Made by a program: the position numbers and the translations under genes
Notes under the pieces: generated by a model
What the model was told of the DNA's origin: nothing
Databases searched by the model: none
What the model saw: only the letters and a program-made list of their open reading frames with translations
Part shown: positions 36,498-50,000 of the stretch, one piece after another
Layout of the letters: every line of letters starts with the position of its first letter
How positions within the stretch are numbered: position 1 is the stretch's first letter
NCBI RefSeq assembly: GCF_018977255.1
Contig: NW_024704743.1
Location: 39,558,001 to 39,622,000, forward strand
Source of the DNA: Callorhinchus milii
Lineage: Eukaryota
Direction of reading: 5' to 3'
DNA length: 64,000 bases

Positions 36498-36874
36498 GGA
36501 GTCCTGTAGCATATTGTTTAGAGTATTTGCCTCGCAAGCCAGAGGATCCATGTTTGATTCTCGGGCAGGGCAATACCTAAGGCAAGTTTCCTTACTCCAT
36601 ATGCCTCTGTTTACCTAGCAGTAAGTAGGAACTTGGCTATTAGTCAATTGGCAGATCGATTTCCGGGGGTAATAATCCCTTCAAAAAATTTGGTCACTCA
36701 ATCCATGATTGTTTTTGGGACACTGTTGTGCATAATTGGGTGCCGCATTACACCCACACAATTTACAGTCAATTCACTTTCCAGTATACTCTGTGAAGCA
36801 CTTTGGGACGTCTCAATGACCTGATAAGGTCCTATACCAAATGCAAGGATTATTATTATTATTATTATTATTAT
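36498..36874 (+). mobile_element. tRNA SINE, long variant, full length
   Basis: Head ggagtcctgtagc, internal block, (ATT)n tail. Confidence 0.85.
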
Positions 36875-37389
36875 TTGTGCTTGTGCAAACAATCTGCTAA
36901 TGTCTAATGTCCAGGTTCATATATGAAGAATACTATTTGGGTAAAATATTCGAGTATAGCTCACAGTCATGCCAAAAACTATGTACATTATCTGTGTCTC
37001 TCAGTATTCATAGACCTTGATCATGTCTCCTGTCAATTTTCATTTCTTCAGTAAATAAGCACATTCTATTCTATGATTCTCTCTTCATAAACTAATGCCC
37101 TAATCCTAACATTGTTCTCCTCCATCAACCCTTAATGTTGCGAATGTCCTGTTGACAGTATTGGCTTCTTTAAACTTGCTAGTTTCACAAGGAAGATTGA
37201 TTGGTACATTGGGACCTATTATACGTAGCTGCACTTCAGTGTTATTTGTCTCTGCAGCAGTCCTTAAGGGTTGTCCACCTTATTTTGCTACATTCAATCC
37301 TCTATACTCTATACTGTTAGGAGGAACTACTTAACACAAAGGCTAGCGAGATTGTGGATCTTGCTGCCTGAAGCGGTGTTAAATCAGAT

Positions 37390-37965
37390 AACAACAACAA
37401 CAACAAAATTATATTTATAGAGCGCCTTTCACGTCGGGAGGACGTCCCAAAGCCCTGAACAGTCAGGTGTCGGGGCCCGAGCATGGGGGAGGGGTGGTGT
37501 AGAGGTGAGGGAAGGTGGAGAGGTAGGATGGAAACCAAAGGCACGGTCGAGGGGTGAGGGAAGGCAGAGAGGTGGGAGGGCAACTAGGCATGATCAAAGA
37601 CGAGGGTCTTGAGACCAGCCTTGAAGGAGGCAAGGGAGGAAGCGAGGAGAAGGGACCGTGGGATGGAGTTCCAGAATGTGGGGGCAGAGAGGCTGAAAGT
37701 CCGGCCACCGATGGTAGGGCGGGTCAGGCGGGAGACGTGGAGCAGGCCGGAGCCCGCTGAACGGAGAGAGCGGTCAGGTTGGTAGGGAGTCAGTAGGTCA
37801 GAGAGGTAGGAGGGAGCAAGGCCATGGATGGCCTTAAAGGTGAGGATGAGGATGTTGAACTCGATCCTCTGGGGGATGGGGAGCCAGTGGAGTCGGGCGA
37901 GGGTGGGAGTGATGGGGTCACGGAGCCTGGTGCGTGAGAGTACACGAGCTGCAGAGTTTTGGATA
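37390..37965 (-). mobile_element. L2 LINE 3' fragment
   Basis: (CAA)n tail; homology to 49960-50500. Confidence 0.88.
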
Positions 37966-38139
37966 GTGTAAATGCATTCAAAGGGAAGCCAGGGAACAGA
38001 AGTATACGAGAGAGAGTAAAGTAAAGGAATGGGTGGAGGCTCGTGTGGAGTATAAGCATCGCACGGACTCGTTGGACCAAGTGGCTTGTTTCCATGGGGT
38101 ACATTCTTTGTAAATCTTTGTAATCTTTTAAGTTAGCCT

Positions 38140-38518
38140 GGCTTAGGTGGTACCAGTCTCATCTCTGAGTCACAAGGATCTGGCAATAATTCAGAAGGTG
38201 GTGATTTCAAGTCCTGCATTGGGCTCACAGTCTAGGTTAGCAATTGGTGCAGGGGTACGCTGTATTGTCAAAGGTGCCATCCTTTGCATGAGATGTTAAA
38301 CTTAGGTCCCAACTGCCTTTTCTCTTGGTGTGCTAACCAACATTCCCCTGATAAAATTGCTCATTCACTTTGTGACCATTTGTGACACATTGGTGTGTAC
38401 AACTTGACTCCTTCAGGTTGCTCATAAAATACACAGTCACTACACTTGACAGTAAATCCTGTGAAGCATTTTGAGATGTCTTATTATATGGCATTACATC
38501 AAATTCAAGGATTATTAA
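38140..38518 (+). mobile_element. Old Deu-domain SINE
   Basis: 'ggtgccatcctttgcatgagatgttaaacttaggtccc' Deu-type core and L2-type tail; similar relics at ~43090-43330, 44675-44930 and 55665-55990. Confidence 0.65.
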
Positions 38519-39926
38519 CAGGGAAGTTTGTATTCTCAGGAGCATGAGAATCACTGGAATATAAAGCACCATTTGAACTAACTCTGGACAAACTATAAAG
38601 GCTATCAATGGCTGCACATATCTGATCTATTTAAAGAAAGTATTTAACATACATCCCAAACTTTCAACCTGGAAAATGTAGCCATCTTCACATTTCCATT
38701 GTTCAATCTGATTCATTACTTACACAAATAGATTGAATCTGAGGAGAAGAAGCATCAATTATCACTATCCACACTGACTCCTTTACCCTTAAAGGAACTT
38801 TTTAGTTTATATTCAGAAGGATTTAATTAACATCTCACTTTTGCTGGAACTGCTCAATGTATTTAACAACATAGAATGAGTGAAATGCTCCTGATTTATT
38901 TTTCTTCTTGCCTTGAAAACATATCTACCTTTTAAACCATAGTTTTGGCCACCTTATCTTACCCTCCTCCCCCTCCCCCCCCATACACATCAATTTCTGG
39001 CTCCCAGTCAGATGTATGAAGCACTTTGAGATGTCCTCCTGATTTGAAAGGCACTATAAAGGTATACATTTCATTTTTGTTCATCCGAGGCTTTACATAT
39101 TTCTGTTCATGCCTATATCCCTCTGCTGTCTTTATGGTCACACCCCAAGCTAAATAATGTGCTAACATTGATAATGATTAGCCTTACTGAAGACAACATG
39201 TTGTTAACTATAAAGTTTCCATGAATCACTAACCATATCCAAATCAAAAAGAATTGTGAATATTGGCAAAGAGATTAATTATTATTTTCTGTTTCAACTT
39301 TTTTGCTTTAAATATTTTGATGGAGAAAGTCAGCAGCATGATGTTTAGTCTCATTTGAAGTTGTCAAGGCTAATGAGGTATGTCAATTTGGAAATATGTC
39401 AATTTCCCCCATTTCCTTTGTGTTCAACTGCTCCTTTTCACACTGTGAGAGTTTGACAGACAATTTTACTGGTTTGTCAGGGTCATAATAAATCAAAATA
39501 GGATATTCTGTCAGATTTGGCTTCAGTTTCTGAGCTGCTTAATAATGTTCACAGAATTCTATGTCTTTCACTCAATGAGCCTCTGATGTGTGTCATAATC
39601 CTATCAATGACTATGATCACAACTTGAAAGAACAGAAGCTATTCCTGAGTACTGAAGTTGGCATTCACATTCCAATAGAGTGATATGACACAGCGTGATA
39701 TGACACAAAAGCAGGCCACTCGGCCCAATGTTAGGTATCTGATTGGAAAGCCCTGCCTTGTCGAATACATGCCATAAGAAGCTTTCCTCTTGCAACTGAC
39801 CTTGATTCCAATCTAATTGAGCATTAACAAAACGCAAAATACTGCAGATGCTGGAAATCTGAAACAAAGACAGAGAGAGCTGGGAAAACTCAGCAGGACA
39901 GGCAGCATCTATGGAGAAAGGAAAGT

Positions 39927-39965
39927 GAGTCAACGTTTCAGGTCTATGACCCTTCGTCAGAACTC
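39927..39965 (-). ncRNA. Minimal type-I hammerhead ribozyme motif (PLE type)
   Basis: Minus strand: GAGUU-CUGACGA-A-GGGUC AUA GACCU-GAAA-CGUU-GACUC; stems I and II pair; palindromic AACGUU at stem III. Confidence 0.75.
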
Positions 39966-39983
39966 AACGCAATTCTGATGACC

Positions 39984-40020
39984 GTTCTGACGAAGGGTCG
40001 TGGACCCGAAACCTTGACTC
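39984..40020 (+). ncRNA. Degenerate hammerhead motif (second arm)
   Basis: CUGACGA-A-GGGUC GUG GACCC-GAAA-CCUU-GACUC; stem III has G>C and stem I is incomplete. Confidence 0.55.
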
Positions 40021-40799
40021 ATTTTCCTTTCTCCATAGATGCTGCCTGACCTGCTGAGTGTTCCCAGAGTTTTCTGCTTTTGTTTCTAATTGAGCATAAG
40101 TTCTACATCTTATGTCCTCGCTGTAGTCAGCAATTGTAACTTTCTTCTCAGAATCGCAGATGTCATCCAACTTGATCTGAACAGAGCAAGTACTGTGCAC
40201 AACACTTGTGGTGTTCAAGAAGTAAAAAAACAGCAAATGGATCTGAAAAGTAAAGAAAGTATAAAGGACCATATAATTTCTCTGGTGAGGCCAAATCTGT
40301 ATGGGATCAAATGTGATATTAAATATAGGTAAATAACTTTACTCATCAAAATAAATCTGGCAATAAAATTCACTTGGAAAATGCAGTTCATTTACCACTT
40401 TTGACTTCATCATTTGGGATAATATTTCCTGAAATTGACACAATAATAACTATTACATTTTCTTAGCTATATTCCAGTCTTCTGGGTCTTAAAATATTTT
40501 CTGAGAAGCAACAATTCTTCCTTTCACCATTAGTATGGAATTAACTGAGTTGTTGACTCTCTTAATCTTGCTATCTCATTTAATTACTCCACACCTTTAA
40601 GATCTTAATCAACAGCATCATAAAATGTACTTTCAGTATTCTGCCAAGCTGCCTTACACATGCCATGACATTTGCTTTCAGTTTCTGCACTAATATGCTG
40701 TGGATATTGCCTTTTTTCAACTCTCTGATACACTATCCTGCATGAAGGGCACCATAAAAATTTAAGTTGTTATTTCAATTGAGTATGACAAATTATTAT

Positions 40800-41185
40800 A
40801 ACAATAATAATACTAATACTTGCATTTGATATAGTGCTTTATCATAACTTTGATACTTCTTAAAGCACTTCACAGAATATACTGCACTGCAAAGTGAATT
40901 GACTGTGTATTTTGTGGGCAAAACGCAGCAGTCAATTGCACACAGCTGTGTCCCACAAACAGTCATGGATTGAATGAGCAAATTAATATTATTGTTATTT
41001 TTTTTTTGATGGGATTTTTATTCCTGGAACAGCGATCTGCCAATCGACTAACAACTGGGTTCCTATTTACTGCTACGTAAACAGAGATGTGTGGAGTAAG
41101 GAAACTTGCCCAAACTTGCCCGGGAATCAAAACCAGATCCTCACGTTTGCGAGGCGAATACTCTAACCACTACCCAACATGGTTC
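40800..41185 (-). mobile_element. tRNA SINE, long variant
   Basis: Homology to the other copies, in reverse orientation. Confidence 0.85.
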
Positions 41186-42181
41186 CAAAATTGCCAGATT
41201 TATCTCTCACGGGTAGTACACTTCAACTTGCATATAACAGAAAGTGAATGAAGCACCGTGCAAAGATGTAGTGCACTAATCCCTATACTGTCACAAACTT
41301 GCTGAGCTGAGAGCACAGAGATGAGCAACCAAGCTGATTCCAGGTCTTAGGAAGCTAATTTATTTGTAAAAGTTAAAGAAAATGAACTTGTTATTTAAAA
41401 GGAGATTACTTAATGACATTAGACATTTTATAAGATTGTGAAGAAAATTGAAAAGGTTAATCCATGCAAATTGCTCAATTTCACGAATGTTCATAACACC
41501 AGGGACACAGATTAAAAAACAAAAGAAATTCTAAGTGAAAAGGGAAGTGTACTTCTTTTATAGAAAAGATAATAGGCTTGGGGAATAATATACCAAGGAA
41601 AGGCATCCAAAGGAACAGCATTAAAGAGTTCAAAAGGCAACTAGATGTTGTTGTAGAAGAAGTTGAATCGATGGATATAAGGTTTGAAGTTCTGTTACAC
41701 AAACATTTTAGCTTTAAATGGGTCTGGGCAGTAAAGCATTAATTTTAGTTGTGCTAAGACATTAATAATGCAGTACTCTGGTTTCCCAATGTTAAGCTCT
41801 TTGACCACGCTTTCTGTCATCTTTCTCCTCTCCAAGCCTTTGGTTTCCATCCCTGGTATATATGGCACAACTGTGTGCTTATATACACTTTGAAGTATCA
41901 GAAAACCTCTAAAATCAATCCACAATTTCTGGTTAAAAATTAAAGTATATCTTTTCTTTGAAATGTTCTTACCACTTCAGCTCAGGAGTGATTCTATTAA
42001 GACACACTAGCTTATCAGTATTGGCTGCTAGCCGAACATGTAAATTGTTATCTTTCATTCTGTGAAAGTCGGTCACATCTGTATTGTAGAATTTTGAAAG
42101 AATTCATTGGTTGACTATTATTATTATTATTATTTCAATCACAGCGTGGGAGATGGTAGACAATTTCATGGTTGGTCAGCG

Positions 42182-42274
42182 ATTGGCTTTGGGGAGGTTT
42201 TATTGCTGACATTTGGACTTATTCTTCGCTGATCTCTGTCTGGGAACACAACTGATTAGCAGCGGTATATAAAG
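42182..42274 (+). promoter_or_regulatory. Possible core promoter (reverse CCAAT plus TATA)
   Basis: ATTGG at 42182-42186 and TATATAAAG at 42266-42274 in unique sequence; motif evidence only. Confidence 0.25.
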
Positions 42275-42544
42275 AGAACACTCTGTATCTTTGTGTCTCT
42301 CAGTAACATTGAAACACAGCTGCTGTCATCCACTGAAATGAAGGAGCTGTCTTCTTGGTTCACGAATCAATAAAAAAGTTATTAAGGATTCATTGCTGCA
42401 ATCATTGCATTTTTCTCTTAGCTTGCAACTTGCTCTTGATAGTATTTCAGCCTTTTATATCTGGAAACTAAATGGTTTCTTTTCTAAAGAAAAGACATCT
42501 TCAAACTGAAATAGATCTCTTTTTCGGAGTTTGAATTCTGATCG

Positions 42545-42637
42545 ATCAGATTGCAGACAGCGGAGAGTATTGGCAGTGATACAGCTGAGCTTTAGAGGTC
42601 GCTTCAGAGCTGCTGAATCTTCGCTGTCTGCGTTGAT
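42545..42637 (+). ncRNA. Long hairpin, candidate pri-miRNA-like structure
   Basis: Basal stem gcagacagcggaga/tcttcgctgtctgc and upper stem ttggcagt/gctgctga with G-U wobbles on the + strand; contains TGGCAGTG. Confidence 0.3.
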
Positions 42638-43894
42638 TCAAAGTGTTTCTGCGAGATGTAATTCTGAAAGTTACTGCAAGGCAGAGTTGACCGCATTAGA
42701 GAACTGATGTACCTGCCAAGTGATCAAATATTGATTAAGAGAACCCTGGTCACGACTCCTCAAGTTTAAGAGCTAAGAAGTGGCTGGTCAGTAGAAAAGG
42801 GAATTGTTGCAACAGCAGAGCTGACAATTTGGTGTTTTCAGCAACAATATATATGAAATAATAATTAATTTATATTCCATATGACAATGTATAACAACAT
42901 GAAAAATGGTAAAAAAAATGTTGAGGCATAACGAAGACCACAGGTTGCAATTCTACCCTATGAATAAGCTGATTGGTCTTTAAATTTTATTCTGCTTCAT
43001 AAAATAAATAAGCAAAGTGAATTAGGGAACAGATTAGGAGAGTCTAGTAGATTGGATGTGCTCTGTAGCCTTGGTTAAATGTCAGCACTAGTTCAGGTTG
43101 TATCATTTTTGCTTCTAAAGCTGAAGGATATGTATTCCAGCCTGAGTTTGGGGCTTTGAACTCACATCTAGAGACCCTCCAATGCAGTGATGGCAGAGTG
43201 CTGCATTGTGAAAGTGTTGTCCTTCAGATGAGATGTTAAACCAAGGCCCTGTATGCACTGTTCAGCGCTTTGGGACGTCCTCCTAACATGAAAGGCGCTC
43301 TATAAATGTAATTTTATTGTCGTTGCTGTTGTTGATAATTCCTCAGGTGCTCCTAAACCAGTTCTTGTGAAACTTGCTGATTGACTGAATTGGGATTTTC
43401 TATTGCCACTTTACAGGATAATGGCATAACAACTGTAAAATTACTGAGCGATGATTCAAGAATGCAACTGCAACACCTTGCAAGCATTTCTCAAAATCAT
43501 TAATCCAAAGTTATAAACACATTTTAACCTCAATTCTTAAATAAGGAATGGAAAGTGATTCAAAATACTGTAATTTTGCTTACATTGTGTCGCTGTAGAG
43601 CAATATTTTTATTGCAATTGAAGATTGCTCAGCAGGAAATGACATAATCCTGATTTAGCAGTTGCATCAATATCTGTGTTTTAAGGAAGCGAAGTGAGCT
43701 TTATATTTCCACATTGAAATCCTGCTAGTGGCTGTTTTGATGATTGGCACAGCCAGTGTTAAACATAATCAGATTGGTATGTAGTATGGTGCCATTTATG
43801 ATGTTTTATAGCTGTCGACAGTACTAATTTTATAACTATTAATAGTTATGAAATATGATATCGATTGTTAAACTCCTAAATCTCTGGAATTCCC

Positions 43895-44247
43895 TCCATC
43901 TCTGACCTCCTCTCTCCTCAAAACAGTACCCGTTGCCTTCATTCCTCCGGATCTGGCCTCCTCCTCGTCCCCCGAGTCCTCCACTCCACCCTCGGCGGCC
44001 GTGCCTTCAGCCACTATGCCCCGAGGCTCAGGAACTCCCTTCCTCACTCCTTTCATCTCGCTCCCTCCCTTCCCATTTTCAGGTCTCTGCTGAAGACCTT
44101 TCTTTTCGACCGCGCCTTTGGTCATCTTCCCCCCCCCTCCACCTGACTCGCTCCCGGGATCCGTTACTGTAAAGCACTCTGAGACGCCGTCTGCATGGAG
44201 GGCGCTATGTAAATCCAAGTTGTTGTTGTTGTTGGTGGTGTTGTTGT
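43895..44247 (+). mobile_element. L2 LINE 3' fragment
   Basis: Close match to 20615-20952; (TTG)n tail. Confidence 0.88.
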
Positions 44248-44930
44248 ATCTATCCATCTCACTCTCTCTTTATCCGTCTTTAAATCTTACTTGAAAATCT
44301 ATCTCTTCAACCAAGACTACCACAACTTGGTGGTAGTGCCCCTCTAGTAACATACACTTTATTGACTGAAACTTTCAGAGATGATCATTCTCCATTCTGA
44401 AACCAGTTTGCCGCCTCTAATTATAAACGATAGACTCTGGAGCAATGTGAGACTTTCTTCTGTAATATTTGTTTTTCAGGCATGATCTGTCCAGCAAGGG
44501 TGAAATTTGCACTGTCCCCAGCCCATCCAACAATTATATTTTTTACCAGTGAGCTAGGGTTCAGGCCTTGGGCTCAAATGATAAAAAAAAGATTATTTGT
44601 GGGTCACAGCTCTTGTACAAATGTTGAGAAATTGTTGATGAATTACAACCCAATACAATTGTTGCTGTGTTGTTAAAGATGCCGCCCTTTGGATGAGAAG
44701 TTAAACTGAGGTCCCATCTGTCTGTTCAGGTGGATGTTAAAGATTCCATGACAATACTTAAAAAGTGAAGGGAGTTTCTCCAGGTGTCTTGGCCAATATT
44801 CCCCCAAATACAATTGGTTATTCAATTGATAGATATTTGTGGGACATTCATGTGCTTATATTGACTGTCACATCTGCCTACAAAATACAGTCACTACACT
44901 TCACATTGTGAAGTACTTTGAAACATTTGT

Positions 44931-45248
44931 GGAGTCCTGTAGCTCAGTGGTTAGAGCACTCACTTTGCAAGCGAGAGACCTGAGTTCAATTCCAGGCAGG
45001 TAACGGCGAAACCTTGGGCAAGTTTCCTTACTCCACACACCTAATAATAATCCCTCCNAAAAAAAACAATAATAAATTGGTCATATTCAATCCATGATTG
45101 TTTGTGGGACATTGCTGTGCGCAATTGGCTGCTGCGTTCGCCCACAAATATAGTCCATTCACTTTACAGTATATTCTGTGAAGCGCTTTGGGACGTCTAG
45201 AAGACGTGAAAAGCACTATATCAAATGCAAGGATTATTATTATTATTA
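44931..45248 (+). mobile_element. Young tRNA-Ala SINE, short variant, nested in the tail of an older Deu SINE
   Basis: Near-identical to 1675-2000; the older SINE tail resumes at ~45249; one N at 45058. Confidence 0.92.
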
Positions 45249-47094
45249 TCCTCCCAAAGTGAAAGATGCTGCATCAAATGTAAGAATTATTCTTAAATTG
45301 TAAAATACAGCCATTGTGTTACAATATTGGGCTTTACAATGTGATATTTGCGAACAGATTTGAAAATAGTGACTTTTGGCAGGTAACTGGAATTACATGA
45401 TGTTCACCTACAGGAACAATACTCTGGAAATTAATTGCTTGGAGTTAGAGTTCCTGGGGTTCAGACTGATGCACTTCCCATCACTGGCTGGAGCCATAAA
45501 TCAGAGACCTAGTTTGCAAATCCTGAAACAAGCCAACAGATCAAAATAAAGCATTCTTTAGATGCCACCACTCATTTTAATAATAATGATAATACAAATC
45601 CTTACATGATGTATAGCGCCTTTTACATCAATTGGATATCTCAAAGTGCTTTGTAGGATTTATTGTAAAATGTAGTGACTGTGTATTTTGCAGCCAAATT
45701 TTATTTGAATAAATAAACAGGCTTCTGCAGCTTTTCTTATTTACAAGAGAACTAATATTTAATCAAACACTGTATGAATGGGATATTTTCAGTCTCTCAT
45801 ATTTTTGTTTTGAAAAGAAAGTCATTTATTCGTGTGCAAATAAACATCTTCAGAAATTGTCATAATTACCATCCTTCGGTGAGGCTGTGCTTTTTTCCAT
45901 ACATCTGTGATACAGTCAGAAGAAGCACAGTGTGAAGAGCAGGAAATCTGTGATGGAGCCTCAGGGAAACATGGACAGATTTTCTAATTTTCCTTTGTGA
46001 AAATCCTGGATGATGTAGATGAGAAAATACTTGGCTCATGACATCTTGATGGAGCTAGTTGTGCACCACAGGCAAGCCAGCCAGCTTTAGCTAACAAATG
46101 TGTAAGTGGAATCATTAACTAGAGAGTCCGAGCTAGAGGTCTCTCTTTGCAATGCTTCACGTGATTATTTATAGCAATGCATTCTGTCCAGTATTTGATA
46201 TATAATTGACATTATTTTTTGGGATAGCCTCAAACGACAGTTACCGTCTATTAGCAAAGAAGGTCAGCGCAGTGTAAGACACCTGAGGCTTTGCACCAGT
46301 TATATTTTGTCTGCCCGTCTATTCATCTTTTCTCATTAATTAACTACATACTTTCAGGAAATACAGTTTTATATTTATTGGAGTCCTTTAGCAAAATGGA
46401 TAAGTCTGATTATGATTGAATACATTTGCATTTTTCAAACCGTAATTAACATTTATATAGTGCTTCTCACGTTTGGAGGACATCTGAGAGCGCTTCACGG
46501 AGCTGAATAGTCACCCGAGCTGGGAGAAAGGAAGCTGAGTAGGTTGTGGGTGGGGGAAGAAGTTGAGTGAAAAAGTGCCAGATCTTAAGGCAGGCTTTAA
46601 ATGTGGATAGGAAAGGGTTGAGGTGGAGAGCGTCTGGGATGGAGTACCCACAAAAATATAGGAAATAGTATTAACAGTTTCAAAATTCCACTTATTAGCA
46701 CTTTCCTCCCATAGAGCAGAGGAAAGTGCTATTAAGCGCTTTAATTTTATGTATCTTTCACTTTAACACGGGTTAATAGTTTCCCTTTAATGCACAAGTA
46801 ACATCCTTCCACAGAATTTCAATACAATTTCTCAACAAACCTTTTCAACTAACCTCGAAATGATGGACAAAGCAAGTCTTTCTTAGATACAGGTACTTCT
46901 TTATTGGTGTAAATGCTTCAAATCAATGAAATATTTATGAAAATAAATGTTTTCTTTTACATTTTGAAACGTTTCTGAGGGCTGGAGCAAGGACAAAAAC
47001 ATAACATTTATCACAAGATAGATATTTTACAAGAGCACGTTGCACAAATTGATACAAATTGCAGATAAAAGAGATGATTTTCAATTAAAAAAGT

Positions 47095-50000
47095 GGCCTC
47101 TGTTTGGTAGCCCCAGCCTACGGGATAATGCCATCAACCTGACCGCTCGCTCCCGGTCCCCGCATGCACACTATGGCTGCCGCTTTGACCCGAGCCCCCT
47201 CACCCCCTCCCTCCCTCGTCCCTCCTCTCTACCCCCAAACCCTCCCCCCTCTGCATCTCTCCCGCTCTCTCCTCCTCTCTCTCCATCCCTCTCGCCTTCT
47301 ATCCCCACTTGACCCTCCCACAACCTCCCTCTGTTCCAGCCTGGGAATCCTCCGCCGGGCTCACCGTGGCACTCGGCGTTGGCTGTCCAGCAGCAGCCAC
47401 ACCGACTGCCCCATTCCCCACCACACTCGCCACCCACCCCGGACACAGACCCGGGGAGTCAACCTCTCCTCCCTCATCCCCATTTCCCCCACTCCTGCTT
47501 CACAACCCTCCCCACACACCCTTCTGTCAACCGCTCCCTCCGCATCGGACTACAAAACGTCCGCTCCCTCTGTAACAAGGCCCTGGTCATCAACGATCTC
47601 ATCCTTGATGAGAGCGTTGACATCATGGCCTTAACGGAAACCTGGCTCACCCCAGGTGACACCTTCCCCCTCACGGAGGCTACGCCACCCGGCTACACCT
47701 CCCACCACATCCCTCGCCCCAACTGTGGTGGTGGTGTAGCCCTTATCTCAAGGACACCACTTGCCCTATCCCCCTACTCCTCTGGCTCTTTCTCCTCTTT
47801 TGAGCACCTCACCTTCTCCCACCCCTCCTTCCTCTCGCTCAAAATCCTCCTCCTCTATCGGCCCCCTAAAGCCTCTCCCACCTTCATCTACGATATTTCG
47901 ACATTCCTTACATCTCTCTGCCTCTGCTCTGATCGCTTCATCATCCTGGGCAACTTTAACCTGCACTTCACCCCCTCCTGCTCCATCTCCTCAGACTTCT
48001 CTTCTCTGCTCTCCTCGCTCAACCTCTCCCTCCACATCAACTCCCCCACTCACAGTCACGGCCACCGACTCGAATTGGTGATCACCTCAGTGTCTCAGAT
48101 GACACTATTACCGACAAGGCCGTCTCCGACCACCACTTCATCTCCTTCACCACCTCCACCCCCCTCCCCACCTCCACCAGACCCACCACCATCTTCTACC
48201 GCCCCTGGAAGAAGTTACCCCCACAATCCCTAACCGCTGCCTTGGAGTCCTCTGAACTCCTCTCCCTCTGGCCTTCAACCCTCACTGACCCCTCTTCTCC
48301 TCTCACCCTCCTCCACAACACCCTCTCCTCCACACTCGATACTCTTGCCCCCATCACCTCCCGTACTGTCTCCTACTCTCGCTCCTCCCCCTGGTTCACC
48401 ACCCACCTCCGCTCACTGAAGAGCCAGGTGCGGGCCGCTGAACGCACCTGCATCAAATCTGGCCTAACGGTCCACCGACAAATCTGGCTGGACCTCCTCA
48501 AAATCTACCGCTCCACTCTAGCCTCGGCCAAGTCGTCCTTCTACTCCAGGATAATCCTGGAGGCGAAGAACAACCCCAGGCTACTGTTTTCTACCACATC
48601 CCGACTCCTCCGTCCCCCCCGCCACCCCGCGCAGGTCATCTCCTCCAACCTTCACTGCGAGGAGATGCTGGATTTCCTTGAATCCAAAATCAAGGGAATT
48701 CGCTCCGCGGTCACTTCCCCTCCAACATCCACCCACCCCCCACCCCCTCCCTCCCACACTCCGACTCCTACCCATCCTCCCCTACACACTTTCGTACCCG
48801 TTTCCCCACCCTCTGTCACCAAACTCATCCTATCCCTGAAACCCACCACCTGCTCCCTTGACCCCATTCCCACTCCACTCCTTATCTCCCAGCTCCACCT
48901 CCATGCCCCACATTGTCAACCTGTCCCTCTCCTCTGGCTCCGTTCCCATTCCCTTAAAAACTCATCACTCCCACGTTGAAAAAACCCTCCCTTGATGCGT
49001 CGCAGCTATCAAGCTACCGGCCCATCTCCAACCTCCCCTTTCTGTCCAAGGTCCTGGAACGAGTTGTCGCCTCCCAGCTGCGCTCTTTCCTCTCCACCCA
49101 TTCACTATTCGAACCCCTTCAGTCGGGTTTCCGTGCTGCCCATAGCACAGAAACTGCCCTGGTCAAGGTCACCAATGACATCCTGACCATCTGTGACCAG
49201 GGCTCCCTCTGCCTCCTCGTCCTCCTCGACCTATCGGCAGCATTCGATACGGTCGACCACGCTATCCTCCTCCACCGCTTGTCCTCCCACCTCAACCTTC
49301 AAGGCCCTGTCCTTGAGTGGTTTAGGTCGTACCTCTCCCACCGTCTTCATTTTGTTTTCACAAACGGCTTTTCCTCCGGCCCCCGCACTGTCTCGTGTGG
49401 TGTCCCTCAGGGCTCTGTCCTCGGTCCCCTCCTCTTCACCCTCTATATGCTCCCCCTTGGTGACATCATCCGCAGACATGGGGTTAACTTCCACATGTAT
49501 GCGGATGACACCCAACTCTACCTTTCCTCCTCTACCCTCAACTCCACGACCACCGATGTCCTGACAGCCTGCCTGTCCGACATCGAGTCCTGGACGAGAG
49601 ACAACTTTCTTCAGCTCAACGTGCGTAAAACTGAGGCCCTCCTGATTGGCTCACGTCAGCGCCTCCGCACCTCAGGCGCTGACAGCATCAGCATCCAAGG
49701 CTGCACTCTCCACCTCTCAAAGCCAGTCAGGAACCTCGGCGTTCTGTTCGACCCTGAGCTGTCCTTTCTCCCTCATATCCGCACCACAACTGGCACCGCC
49801 TTCCATCACCTCCGGAATATCGCCAGACTACGGCACTACCTCACCCCTCACGCTGCTGAAACTCTGGTCCACGCCTTTATCACCTCAAGGCTGGACTATG
49901 GGAACTCTCTCCTCGCCGGCCTTCCCGGCACCTCCCTCCACAAGCTGCAGGTCATTCAGAACTCTGCAGCTCGTGTACTGTCCCGCACCAGGCTTCGCGA

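Larger units (their letters stand above)
39826..40084. mobile_element. Penelope-like pseudo-LTR inverted pair with 13-bp TSD
   Basis: Arms ~39860-39962 and ~39985-40084 are inverted copies; TSD tctaattgagcat at 39812-39824 and 40085-40097. Confidence 0.85.
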
